A DNA stretch of 64,000 nt, taken from NCBI GenBank assembly GCA_041178425.1, contig JBEGVH010000010.1, positions 64,001 to 128,000 on the forward strand, given 5' to 3'. The notes under the pieces are model-generated. The model was not told the origin of the DNA. It saw only the letters and a program-made list of their open reading frames with translations, and did not search any database. The position numbers were made by a program, and so were the translations under genes. Source of the stretch: Pseudomonadota bacterium. Its GTDB lineage: Bacteria; Bdellovibrionota; Bdellovibrionia; Bdellovibrionales; Bdellovibrionaceae. This document shows, in pieces, positions 38,300-48,118 of the stretch. Within the stretch, counting starts at the first letter, position 1. The number at the start of each line of letters is the position of its first letter.

Positions 38300-39106
38300 A
38301 TGGCACCCATAAAAGTTAAATCCGTTCTTGATTTTCAACGTAAAAAGCAAGCTCATCAAAAAATCACTATGCTCACTTGCTACGATTCATGGTCAGCCAA
38401 AATTCTTGATGACTCTAAAATCGATTGCCTACTTATCGGCGACAGCGTTGCCATGGTTCAACACGGTCACAAAACTACTATACCAGCCACGAACGATCTG
38501 ATGGCCTTGCATTGTGAAGCTGTTGTTCGCGGCGCTCCCAATCAGTTTCTTATTGGAGATCTGCCCTTCATGAGCTATCGCAAATCGTTTGCCAGCAGTG
38601 TAGAAGCTGCGGAAAAACTGATGAGAACGGGCGTTCATGCTGTTAAACTTGAAGGGGCCGAGGGCAATATTGATCTGGTTAAACACTTGGTACAGTCGGG
38701 TATCCCCGTTATGGGTCACATCGGGCTCACTCCCCAGGCGATTTACCAAATGGGAGGCTTTAGAGTTCAAGGAAAAAGCCCTGAGGCCGCAGAGCAGTTA
38801 AAAAAACAAGCCTTGGCCCTTGAAGAGGCTGGTTGCTTTTCGCTTGTTCTGGAGTGTGTTCCCGCTCAACTTGCTAATCACATAACTCAAAGCTTGAAAA
38901 TTCCAACCATTGGCATAGGTGCTGGCGCTGGGACCGACGGACAGGTTTTGGTTCTCCATGATATGTTGGGCCTCAATAAGGAATTTAGCCCCCGTTTTGT
39001 ACGCAAATATCTCAATGGAGTTGAGCTAATCCAGTCGGCTATTAATGATTTTATTGAAGACGTCGAGACGAATCAGTTTCCTACGGAACAAGAGTCATAC
39101 ACATGA
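38300..39106 (+). CDS. panB: 3-methyl-2-oxobutanoate hydroxymethyltransferase
   Basis: MLTCYD, LIGDS, DLPFMSY, AVKLEG, GHIGLTPQ, IGIGAG, DGQVLV. Confidence 0.96.
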   Translation: MAPIKVKSVLDFQRKKQAHQKITMLTCYDSWSAKILDDSKIDCLLIGDSVAMVQHGHKTTIPATNDLMALHCEAVVRGAPNQFLIGDLPFMSYRKSFASSVEAAEKLMRTGVHAVKLEGAEGNIDLVKHLVQSGIPVMGHIGLTPQAIYQMGGFRVQGKSPEAAEQLKKQALALEEAGCFSLVLECVPAQLANHITQSLKIPTIGIGAGAGTDGQVLVLHDMLGLNKEFSPRFVRKYLNGVELIQSAINDFIEDVETNQFPTEQESYT

Positions 39107-39858
39107 TAAAAATTTTGGAAACAACAAAAGAGCTACAGGACTACCGAAAAACGCTCAACGGTCTCGTCGGGTTTGTTCCAACCATGGGTGCTCTGCACGC
39201 CGGGCATGCTTCATTATTGAAAGAAGCTCGCGAAAAATGTGATCATGTGATTCTCAGTATTTTCGTTAATCCCACCCAATTTAATGACCCAAAAGACCTC
39301 GAAAAATATCCTCGCACTTTTGATGCCGATCGAGATTTAGCAGAAAAAGAAGGTGTTGATGCTATTTTTTATCCGCAAATGGCTGATCTTTATCCCGATG
39401 GCTATCGGTATGAAGTTCGTGAGAAACAATGGAGCCAACACTTTTGCGGCGCCCATAGGGCAGGCCATTTCGAAGGGGTTCTCACGATTGTCTTAAAACT
39501 ATTTAACTTGGTACAACCTGATTTCGCGTTTTTCGGAGAAAAAGATTATCAACAACTCCGTTTGATTCAAGATATGGTGAACGCTTTTTTTCTCCCTCTT
39601 ACTGTTGTGCCTGTTCCCACATTACGCGAATCTGATGGTTTAGCGATGAGCTCTAGAAATACTCGCCTGACTCCCGAAGAGAAAGAACGAGCCCCTCAAC
39701 TCTATAGAATTATCTCCTCGTCCCCATCGGCTCCTCAAGCAAAAAAACTATTAGAGGAAGCCGGCTTTGTTGTAGATTACATCGAGGATTGGGAAGGTCG
39801 AAGGCTAGCCGCAATTCACCTAGGCTCAGTGAGGTTAATTGATAATGTTAAAATCTAG
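39103..39858 (+). CDS. panC: Pantoate-beta-alanine ligase
   Basis: FVPTMGALHAGH, SIFVNPTQF, FGEKDYQQ, GLAMSSRN, RLIDN. Confidence 0.96.
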   Translation: MIKILETTKELQDYRKTLNGLVGFVPTMGALHAGHASLLKEAREKCDHVILSIFVNPTQFNDPKDLEKYPRTFDADRDLAEKEGVDAIFYPQMADLYPDGYRYEVREKQWSQHFCGAHRAGHFEGVLTIVLKLFNLVQPDFAFFGEKDYQQLRLIQDMVNAFFLPLTVVPVPTLRESDGLAMSSRNTRLTPEEKERAPQLYRIISSSPSAPQAKKLLEEAGFVVDYIEDWEGRRLAAIHLGSVRLIDNVKI

Positions 39859-41128
39859 AAATAAACACATTTTATTTTTGATGAGTGGCTCCATTGCTGC
39901 CTACAAAAGCTGTCATGTTATTTCACAGCTCGTTCAAAAGGGCCACCAGGTTCAGGTCGTCACCACGCCTTCGGCGATGAATTTTATTGGTGCTGCCACC
40001 CTCGAGGGGCTGACCGGACGCCCGGTTGTTTGTGATCTTTACGCTCCCAACCACATGATGGAGCACATTCACCTTGCTCGTTGGGCCGATTTAGTAATCC
40101 TTTGCCCAGCGACGGCCAACACCATCAACAAAATGGCCCAAGGAATTGGTGACGATCTCGTTACAAGCTTATTTTTGGCGCATGATTTTAAGAAACCTTT
40201 TCTCATTGCTCCTGCCATGAATACGGCTATGTACGAGCACCCCCTTACCCAGGCATCATTAGAAAAACTGAAGGCCCTTGGGCTTAAAATTCTTGCAACT
40301 GGAGCAGGAGCCCTGGCTTGTGGTGAGGTCGGAGCGGGGCGACTGCTGGAGCCTGAACAAATTATCGATTGCATCACAAGAGAACTGGAGTTCTTACAAT
40401 TGACTGAAAGATTGGAATCTCCCAATTCCTCCAAAACAACAGCTCGAAAAATTCTCATTACCAGTGGGGGCACCCAGGAACCTATCGATGCTATGAGGGT
40501 CATCACCAACCTTAGCACTGGCCAAACGGGCGCATTCTTAGCTGAAGTATTTTATGATTTTGGTTTTGAAGTTTTTTACTTGGGCGCTGCTAACGGCGCT
40601 AGACCCCAGCGCCCATGCCACCAGTTGAGCTTTAAGACTTTTAATGACCTCAACGACCAAGTGAAATCACTCCTTCAATCTCATTCATTTTTTGGAGTCA
40701 TTCATGCTGCTGCAGTGAGTGACTTTCATGTATCTCGACTCACCATTGGAGACGTGACCTCGGAGCCAGTAAACGGCAAATTACCTTCGAATCAAAAACT
40801 AGTCATCGAACTCGAACCAAACTTTAAGATTTTGCCCCGACTGAAAAGTTATTCGATGAACCCTGCCCTGACAATCGTTGGTTTTAAATACACTGCTACC
40901 GAAAACTCTGAAGCGAAGACCAAAGCCGTTCATAAACTCTTTCAAGAAGGAGGAGTTGATTGGGTGGTCCATAATGATCAGGCTGACATCGATAAACAGA
41001 GAGGCCTGCATCGCTTCACCTTACACTCACAGCATCATTCTTTGCCACTACCAAATAAGATGAGCTTGGCGGAATGCCTCTGCGAAAAATTTCAAATTTC
41101 AAGTGAAAACCGGGAGATTAACTTATGA
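39845..41128 (+). CDS. coaBC: Phosphopantothenoylcysteine decarboxylase/synthetase
   Basis: [62 protein letters not shown]. Confidence 0.95.
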   Translation: MLKSRNKHILFLMSGSIAAYKSCHVISQLVQKGHQVQVVTTPSAMNFIGAATLEGLTGRPVVCDLYAPNHMMEHIHLARWADLVILCPATANTINKMAQGIGDDLVTSLFLAHDFKKPFLIAPAMNTAMYEHPLTQASLEKLKALGLKILATGAGALACGEVGAGRLLEPEQIIDCITRELEFLQLTERLESPNSSKTTARKILITSGGTQEPIDAMRVITNLSTGQTGAFLAEVFYDFGFEVFYLGAANGARPQRPCHQLSFKTFNDLNDQVKSLLQSHSFFGVIHAAAVSDFHVSRLTIGDVTSEPVNGKLPSNQKLVIELEPNFKILPRLKSYSMNPALTIVGFKYTATENSEAKTKAVHKLFQEGGVDWVVHNDQADIDKQRGLHRFTLHSQHHSLPLPNKMSLAECLCEKFQISSENREINL

Positions 41129-41904
41129 TATTAGCTCTGGATGTTGGAAACAGCCAAATCTTTGGTGGCGTTGTTCACCAAGATAAAATTATTTTGAGAT
41201 TCAGAAAAACCTCGAAAACCGGTGCTTCTTCTGATGAATACGGCCTCTTTTTGCGATCGGTTTTAAGAGAAAATGGTATCGATCCATCCGATATTACGGA
41301 AATTGCCCTTTGTTCGGTGGTTCCAGAGGTTGTCTATTCACTGAGAGGAGCCTGCCGGAAGTATTTTGAGATCACACCCTTTTCTATTCAGCCAGGAGTT
41401 AAAACGGGCCTGAAAATAAAATACCGAAACCCCATCGAGGTGGGAGCTGATCGTATTGCAAATGCCATCGCAGGAATTCATCTGTACGCTGATCGCCCCC
41501 TCATTATCGTGGATCTCGGCACGGCAACCACATTTTGCGCTATCAACAGCGACAAGGATTATCTTGGTGGCGTGATTATCGCAGGACTAAGACTCTCTAT
41601 GGAAGCGCTAGAAGCTAAAACTGCGAAGTTGCCATCGGTGGAAATTTTGACCATGAGTGAGACTCTTGGCCGATCGACAACAGAATCTCTTCAATCAGGT
41701 CTTTACTATGGTCATATGGGCCAGATTAGAGAAATTACACAACGGTTGACCAGAGAGTGTTTTCCCAATGAAAAGCCCTTTGTCATTGGCACAGGAGGCT
41801 TCGCTGGCCTTTTTGAAAAAGAAAAAGTTTTTGATGTTATTCACCCTGATCTGGTTTTGACGGGCTTAATTCAAGCATTAAAATTAAATTCTCAAGGAGC
41901 TTAA
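41125..41904 (+). CDS. coaX: Type III pantothenate kinase
   Basis: [23 protein letters not shown]. Confidence 0.95.
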   Translation: MILALDVGNSQIFGGVVHQDKIILRFRKTSKTGASSDEYGLFLRSVLRENGIDPSDITEIALCSVVPEVVYSLRGACRKYFEITPFSIQPGVKTGLKIKYRNPIEVGADRIANAIAGIHLYADRPLIIVDLGTATTFCAINSDKDYLGGVIIAGLRLSMEALEAKTAKLPSVEILTMSETLGRSTTESLQSGLYYGHMGQIREITQRLTRECFPNEKPFVIGTGGFAGLFEKEKVFDVIHPDLVLTGLIQALKLNSQGA

Positions 41905-41905
41905 A

Positions 41906-42265
41906 ATGAACGTAGAAATGTTAAAATGTAAAATTCATCGAGCCACAGTGACGGATGCAGACCTTAACTACGAAGGCTCCATCTCAATTTGCCCAAAACT
42001 AATTAAATCGAGTGGACTCCTTCTCAACGAGAAGGTTGATATCTATAACTGTAATAACGGGGCTCGTTTTTCAACCTACGTTATTCCCGGAAAAAATGGC
42101 GAAATTTGTCTAAATGGTGCCGCTGCTCGACATGTCCATACCGGCGACATTGTCATCATCGTTAGTTATTGCAATATGCCCCTAGAAGAAGCCAAGAAAC
42201 ACGTCCCTACCGTAGTCTTTGTTGATCCTAAAAACCGCCTTAAAACCATTAAAAGCAAGGGCTAA
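41906..42265 (+). CDS. panD: Aspartate 1-decarboxylase proenzyme
   Basis: [13 protein letters not shown] self-cleavage site, [15 protein letters not shown]. Confidence 0.96.
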   Translation: MNVEMLKCKIHRATVTDADLNYEGSISICPKLIKSSGLLLNEKVDIYNCNNGARFSTYVIPGKNGEICLNGAAARHVHTGDIVIIVSYCNMPLEEAKKHVPTVVFVDPKNRLKTIKSKG

Positions 42266-42393
42266 AGACTTTTTACTAAAACGATCGATTAAAGATTCTT
42301 TATTTAGAAGCCGCACACAAATAAGTGCGGTTTCTATGCTTTTTGGCTTATTTATTGCTACTTTCTCCTGCTCACAGTCCGCAGGAGGCCTAC

Positions 42394-44088
42394 TTGAGAA
42401 ACCTATTGGTTCTTTTATCTTTCTTCATTTTCACAGACGCACAGGCGTTTCTCTTCGATAACCAAGAAATCGACATCGACCACACCCGCGGCCCCTATGC
42501 CTGGAAAATCAAAAAAGATCACTGGGACATGTCTGACGAACTTGGCTATGGTCGCTTTGTAACAACTCTTGGTGAAGCTGTTGCTGCGGGCAAGTGCCGT
42601 AACGTCACCGATTGCATGAATTCAACCGCAAATATCTATCGCAGCTCCGATCCAAAAGACCTCATTTTTAAGGCTGATTGCGCTGACTGGACATACCTTC
42701 TGAGAGCTTACTACGCTTGGAAAAACAACCTGCCTTTTGCGGTCACAACAATGATTCCCCATCCGTCCAATCCCGAAAATATGACTGATCTTCGTTATAC
42801 ACCTTTTGGAAATATTGTAAGCGAACGAGTTGATCTGGTCTCGACATTTTGGGGATATCCAGACGCTCGCCAACTTTTTACAGAAATTATTCCAAGCCTC
42901 ATATCTACCGCAAATATTCGCACTCACCAGGACAACGTTGTCGAGAATCTGTGGAGCGACTTCTATCCCATTAGCATCAACTCAAAAAGTCTTCGCCCTG
43001 GCACAACTATTTATGATCCTTTCGGACATGTGGTTGTGGTTTATAGAATTTCGGAGGATGGTCACATTTACTATGTTGATGCTCACACAGACAATAATTT
43101 GACCGTTGGGGTTTTTAACGAGAAATTTGTCAGAACTCATCCCTTAATTGGAGGTGGTTTTAAGAATTGGCGCCCAATCAAACTTGTAGACTACAGCCGT
43201 GATAGCAGTGGGATTTTAAACGGTGGCAAGTTAGTGGCGCTTTCTAATTCTCAGATCAGTGACTTTTCAGAAGTTCAATATTTTGGAAGCAGACAACGCT
43301 CAAACCGAAACTGGAAATTAGCCCAATTTGCAGTAGAAGACAAAAACGTCACATTTTACGAGTATGTTCAAGCTCAGATGAGTTCGGGAGGACTGCATAT
43401 CAACCCCCTCAATGAACTCAAAGACCGTCTTGGGGAAATTTGCCAAACAATGCAGGCTCGCAGTCGGTCAGTAGAATCAGCGCGTGTAAATAAAATCTAC
43501 CTCGCTGAACACCCCGAGAAGCTTCCTTTTAACATCTACGTTGCCAGTGGTGAGTGGGAAACTTATAGCAGCCCCTCTCGAGACACCGTTCTTAGAATTT
43601 TGTATTCAACTCTTTTAGCACGAACTAAGACCTGGATCGAAATGTGGAAAAATCAAAGCAGTCACTTGGTCTATAACGGACAGAATTTAGTGGATGATTT
43701 GAAATCTAATTACATTGCAATTTCAAATCAATGTGTCATTACCTACTATAATAGCAGAGGTAGCAAGAAGAAACTTACTCTTGAGGATGCTCGATTGCGT
43801 TTGCCACAAATGTCTTTCGACGCCTACCATTGTCCTGAACTTCGTTGGGGTGCTACACAGGAAACTAGTGAAGGATCTACTTGCAGCACAAACGCCAATA
43901 AGAATCACTGGTACAAACAAGAGCAATACATCAGAAATCAGTTGGAAAGAAGGTTCGATATAAGAATGGACTATGATGCTGATGAACTCTCACGTTTACC
44001 TCCCGGGGTTGGCTCGCGCAACGTGCCCGAAACGGATATTTTAAAGTATCTGAACTCTTTGAATGAACCACTAGGTGAGCACCTCTAG
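42394..44088 (+). CDS. Secreted protein with putative papain/NlpC-P60-like Cys-His dyad
   Basis: GGAGG RBS before TTG 42394, signal peptide ending AQA, DCAD...YAWKNNLPF and PGTTIYDPFGHVVVV motifs. Confidence 0.65.
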   Translation: MRNLLVLLSFFIFTDAQAFLFDNQEIDIDHTRGPYAWKIKKDHWDMSDELGYGRFVTTLGEAVAAGKCRNVTDCMNSTANIYRSSDPKDLIFKADCADWTYLLRAYYAWKNNLPFAVTTMIPHPSNPENMTDLRYTPFGNIVSERVDLVSTFWGYPDARQLFTEIIPSLISTANIRTHQDNVVENLWSDFYPISINSKSLRPGTTIYDPFGHVVVVYRISEDGHIYYVDAHTDNNLTVGVFNEKFVRTHPLIGGGFKNWRPIKLVDYSRDSSGILNGGKLVALSNSQISDFSEVQYFGSRQRSNRNWKLAQFAVEDKNVTFYEYVQAQMSSGGLHINPLNELKDRLGEICQTMQARSRSVESARVNKIYLAEHPEKLPFNIYVASGEWETYSSPSRDTVLRILYSTLLARTKTWIEMWKNQSSHLVYNGQNLVDDLKSNYIAISNQCVITYYNSRGSKKKLTLEDARLRLPQMSFDAYHCPELRWGATQETSEGSTCSTNANKNHWYKQEQYIRNQLERRFDIRMDYDADELSRLPPGVGSRNVPETDILKYLNSLNEPLGEHL

Positions 44089-44591
44089 GATAATCCCAAT
44101 ACCTTCGGACTCACTGCCCAAATAAGTTTAGCCGATTTGGCGTCGAAACTTTGACTAGTTTCGATTGCCAAGGCGCCACCTTTCTTTAGAGTTATTCGGC
44201 TCTCTCGAGAACCAAAAATAAGCCAACTTGCCAAAATGCTCAGTTGCGGCTCGTGCCCTACCAAGATAACTTTTTTTGCATTTTTAATAACATTACTCCT
44301 ATACCATCGAAGAAACTCCTCTGGTTTTCCATTCGGCATAAGTGCATCGCAAGAGAGTTGTCTTGTTTTTGGATAAAACCCCTTGAGAATTAAGGCCGTC
44401 TCTTGTGCCCTCAGAAAGGGTGAACAGATAATAAAATCTACAGCTCCAATCAGGTCCCTAATTTTTTTTGCCGATCTTCTGAATTTTTTCTTACCGTCTT
44501 TAGTGAGTGGCCGAAGGCTATCGTCGAGACTTTCTAATATAAAGGTTTTACGATCCTCTGCAATTGCATGTCGCACCAAAAATAGTTCCAC
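44085..44591 (-). CDS. sixA: Phosphohistidine phosphatase SixA
   Basis: LVRHAIAE, RPLT, SPFLRAQET, VGHEP, LKKGG. Confidence 0.88.
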   Translation of the reverse strand: MELFLVRHAIAEDRKTFILESLDDSLRPLTKDGKKKFRRSAKKIRDLIGAVDFIICSPFLRAQETALILKGFYPKTRQLSCDALMPNGKPEEFLRWYRSNVIKNAKKVILVGHEPQLSILASWLIFGSRESRITLKKGGALAIETSQSFDAKSAKLIWAVSPKVLGLS

Positions 44592-44754
44592 GGTCCATCC
44601 CTCCATTAACAATTAACTTGTAAACTCATTGTGTTTGATTTGGCAAATGCGCATTGATTATTGTCTCAAATACAACCTCACTAGGCGTGACCATCAGAAT
44701 GCCCCTCCATAAAAGGCCTTGCGCATTTAAGGACGGCCAATCCATAATTGGTTC

Positions 44755-45768
44755 ATGTTAAGAAGTCTAAAAAAATTAAGTCAAATGATTGAAAAGGACC
44801 CTGATCTCCAAGCAATTATTAGATCAGAGGTTCTTTGTGAAATCCCTTATAAAGACCAGTTGTTTCCAATTCACGCCTTCACTCTCGGATCAGAGAACCC
44901 GAAACATCCTGTCTTATTTATCACGGGCGGAATCCACGGGCTTGAACGAATCGGCGTTCAGGTTGTTTGGAGCTTATTGAAAACCACGGTCGACCGGCTT
45001 CGCTGGGACCAATCTCTCAGAGACAACCTTAAAAATATCCGAATCGCTGCGATTCCATTAGTTAATCCAGTTGGCTTCGAACGAGCCTCAAGAAGCAACG
45101 GTAATGATGTTGATCTCATGAGAAATTCACCAATAACGGCGACGACTCGTGTTCCACCATTACTCGGAGGCCATCGCTGGAGCAAACAGCTACCGTGGCA
45201 TCGAGGGGAACCCGGAAAATTAGAATTAGAAAATCAGGCCCTCTATAACTATTTTTTTCAACAAGCTGGGCAAAGCTCTTGTGTTATTTCTGTCGACTTT
45301 CACTCCGGGTTTGGCATGAAAGATAGACTCTGGTTTCCGTATTCACACACCGTTGAACCTTTTGAGTTTCTGCCCGAGATGAATGCCCTAACTCACCTAT
45401 TCGAACAAACGTATCCATACCATATTTATCAAATTGAACCCCAGTCTCAGGGTTATCTAATGAGTGGTGATATGTGGGATTATATGCTCATTGAATTTAT
45501 GAAGTCGAACCCAAATCCCTATCTTCCGCTAACTCTCGAAATGGGATCTTGGACGTGGGTAAGAAAAAACCCTATACAAATGTTCTCGAGAGGCGGCTTT
45601 TTTAATCCTATCAAAGAGCACCGATTAAAGCGAACCTACCGCCGGCACAATCTTTTGTTTGAATTTCTGATGAGAACCTTACGCTCTAAAGAGGCATGGT
45701 TGTTACCCAATGAAAAAGCGCGTCTCTCACAACGACGCAAAGGTCTGGAACGCTGGTATGAAAAATAG
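44755..45768 (+). CDS. M14-family zinc carboxypeptidase/deacylase
   Basis: GGIHGLE (HxxE), VNPVG, DLMRN, DFHSG, LTLEMG. Confidence 0.82.
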   Translation: MLRSLKKLSQMIEKDPDLQAIIRSEVLCEIPYKDQLFPIHAFTLGSENPKHPVLFITGGIHGLERIGVQVVWSLLKTTVDRLRWDQSLRDNLKNIRIAAIPLVNPVGFERASRSNGNDVDLMRNSPITATTRVPPLLGGHRWSKQLPWHRGEPGKLELENQALYNYFFQQAGQSSCVISVDFHSGFGMKDRLWFPYSHTVEPFEFLPEMNALTHLFEQTYPYHIYQIEPQSQGYLMSGDMWDYMLIEFMKSNPNPYLPLTLEMGSWTWVRKNPIQMFSRGGFFNPIKEHRLKRTYRRHNLLFEFLMRTLRSKEAWLLPNEKARLSQRRKGLERWYEK

Positions 45769-46504
45769 ATTTGTTCTTATAAGAGGCTTGGCTCGCGGGA
45801 ATGCCCATTGGGCCGACTTCACAAATAACCTTATTTCAATTCATCCCAATTTAACCATCGAATTGCTGGAAATTCCTGGAAATGGCGATCGTAACAGAGA
45901 AGTGACTCCCATCGATGCCTCGCAAATTATTGAACATTTCCGACGGGACCTCAATTTAGCACAAAGCTGCTCACCGGTGCGACTGATTGGAATTTCATTA
46001 GGAGGTATGCTCGCCCTAAAGTGGGCAGAGCTCTATCCTCAAGATCTTGAATCTGTATTTGTTATCAACTCAAGCCTCCGACAGTTTTCTTCTCCCTTTG
46101 AACGTCTTTCTCCGGGCATCTATACTTTGCTACTAAAGGCTTTGCTTTCCGCAAACCCTAGAAAAAGGGAATCCTTGGTTCTCAAAATGATAGTGAATAA
46201 CCCGCAAATCAGAAAACAATATCTCAATCAATTCACCGAACTTTCGATTCAAAATCCAATAAGCCTCCAAAATTTTATTCGTCAGCTTCTCTTGGCTGCA
46301 TCTATCAATGTTTCTCTTTCACCCACTGTGCCCCTACGAGTTATCACTTCAAAAAAAGATAAGATGGTTCATTTTCGTAGCTCCCTAAAAATCGCACAAG
46401 CCTTCGCTGGAAAACTCCACATTCACCCAACAGCCGGTCATGACATCCCTTTGGACGACCCGGAATGGCTCGCCGAAATTCTCTTAGACGGGTACACCTG
46501 CTAA
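45758..46504 (+). CDS. Alpha/beta hydrolase
   Basis: LIRGL oxyanion segment, GISLGG nucleophile elbow, D and GHD catalytic residues. Confidence 0.85.
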   Translation: MKNRFVLIRGLARGNAHWADFTNNLISIHPNLTIELLEIPGNGDRNREVTPIDASQIIEHFRRDLNLAQSCSPVRLIGISLGGMLALKWAELYPQDLESVFVINSSLRQFSSPFERLSPGIYTLLLKALLSANPRKRESLVLKMIVNNPQIRKQYLNQFTELSIQNPISLQNFIRQLLLAASINVSLSPTVPLRVITSKKDKMVHFRSSLKIAQAFAGKLHIHPTAGHDIPLDDPEWLAEILLDGYTC

Positions 46505-47281
46505 CGAGGGCTTCCTTCTATATGAAGGCGATGACTTTATCTTCGCAGAAGGCGAGAGAATAAATTTTAAGCTCAAATCATCGACGATGGAGTCGCTCCC
46601 ATAAAAACCGAAAGATAGATCCTGGTTTTTAATACTCCTCAAAATAGAGTCCTCTTTGCACTTCGAACTAATGAGCGTTTTCCAAGAAGAAATTTGACGT
46701 CGATGGTGAAGATCGCTATTGGCGAGCATCGGCAACCCGCTTCGAAAGACCTCCTCAAATAGCTGCACTCCACTGGCGACCTCCCAGCAATCGATCCATT
46801 CGCTCAGCACGTTTCTGTCATTCCAGAGCTGGAGCGTTGGAATGTAAGAGGGATCTAGCGTGAAAACAGGATGAGCCGCCACGCTCACGGCTCCCTGCGA
46901 TTTAATGGCTTTCAGTATTTCTCTTATATCTAGATCAGGATCCACCCATTTTCTTACCCCTAGACCTAGAACATGAGCGGAACGCTGAGTTCTGAGCGCA
47001 TTCTTTGTGACTTCAATGCCTGGGATTACAAGCATTCGGTACTGCCGCCAAGCTCGAAAAGCCTCACGTTCAATCTCGGCGATATATTCGTCAAAACGTT
47101 CCTCAGTGAGGGTTCTCTCAAGCCAATGCGCAGCCTTTCCAAGAAAGGACTGTGTCTCACAAACATGATCGGTAATCGCAATAACCCTAAAACCTCGTTC
47201 ACCATAGAGATCAACAACTTCTGAGATTGAATGCCTACCATCACTCCAACGACTATGAATATGCAAATCAGAAAGTAGCAT
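46484..47281 (-). CDS. PHP-family metal-dependent phosphoesterase
   Basis: DLHIHSRWSDG, ITDH, GIEVT, AAHP, NSDLH. Confidence 0.85.
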   Translation of the reverse strand: MLLSDLHIHSRWSDGRHSISEVVDLYGERGFRVIAITDHVCETQSFLGKAAHWLERTLTEERFDEYIAEIEREAFRAWRQYRMLVIPGIEVTKNALRTQRSAHVLGLGVRKWVDPDLDIREILKAIKSQGAVSVAAHPVFTLDPSYIPTLQLWNDRNVLSEWIDCWEVASGVQLFEEVFRSGLPMLANSDLHHRRQISSWKTLISSKCKEDSILRSIKNQDLSFGFYGSDSIVDDLSLKFILSPSAKIKSSPSYRRKPSLAGVPV

Positions 47282-47978
47282 TGGTTGCGCCCTCCCAATT
47301 TAAATTCAACCCGTTGCACCAGCTACGACAGTATTCCATTTCACTAGCAGTGTTCTTTATAAAAATTGGAGGGTGTATTTCGAGACTCGCACTCAACTCT
47401 TTCTGGTTACTTAATTTAAACAAGTGGGTCGGCAGAAAATCGTCATCGATATAGGCAACAGCCCTTGTCGGAGAGTATCTAATTCGGATTGGTTGAATAG
47501 GAATTCCCAGTTCATGGGCAATCTCAAAGCAGCCCCTGCGCCACACCTTCTCTTCTGATGCACTCGTTGTACCTGAGGGGAACAACACTATTTTTTTATT
47601 GGCCTCTTCGAGTTGTTTTTTTATCTCTTGCCGCACTGAACTTCTTGACTCTACAGAACTCCGTTTTACAAAAACCGTCTCGCCCTTCCTCGCGGCAGCA
47701 CCAAAAACCGGCCAATCGGCCACTTCGCTCTTCGAAACGAAAACACATTCGCCATGATGAGACAAGATGAGTGGGATATCGATATAACTAATGTGATTCG
47801 AAACGATGAGCACTGGTCCTTCGCAGATGGGAGCGCCAAATACTTTTACTCTAAACTTTAAAAGCTCGAGGACCTTGTTGGCCCAGGATAATCTTTGATT
47901 TGGTGGCACAATAGAATCATTCTTACGCTTGCGAAGATATTGATATGTTACTGTTAAAATCTGTAAAGCTGGCACCAT
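47268..47978 (-). CDS. PlsC-family acyltransferase, probable lyso-ornithine-lipid O-acyltransferase (OlsA-like)
   Basis: NHISYID (HxxxxD), FVSKSEVADWPVFG, FPSGT. Divergent from arginase and an OlsB-like gene. Confidence 0.8.
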   Translation of the reverse strand: MVPALQILTVTYQYLRKRKNDSIVPPNQRLSWANKVLELLKFRVKVFGAPICEGPVLIVSNHISYIDIPLILSHHGECVFVSKSEVADWPVFGAAARKGETVFVKRSSVESRSSVRQEIKKQLEEANKKIVLFPSGTTSASEEKVWRRGCFEIAHELGIPIQPIRIRYSPTRAVAYIDDDFLPTHLFKLSNQKELSASLEIHPPIFIKNTASEMEYCRSWCNGLNLNWEGATNATF

Positions 47979-48012
47979 GCGGATAGTCTGCCTTTTCTCA
48001 ACGCCATTGTAT

Positions 48013-48098
48013 TGTTAGGTTTGTGTTAAGGTGGTAGGTGGTGCGTTACTACTTTTTTTATTTACCGCAAAAGAAGTCAGCTTAACCAAAAACTAACA
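48013..48098. promoter_or_regulatory. Two oppositely oriented Pho-box-like (OmpR/PhoB family) direct-repeat sites
   Basis: Minus strand 48030-48013 CTTAACACAAACCTAACA and plus strand 48081-48098 CTTAACCAAAAACTAACA. They are 15/18 identical and each has two YTAAC half-sites 11 nt apart. Confidence 0.6.
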
Positions 48099-48118
48099 CG
48101 ACAAATATTTTTTTTTAA

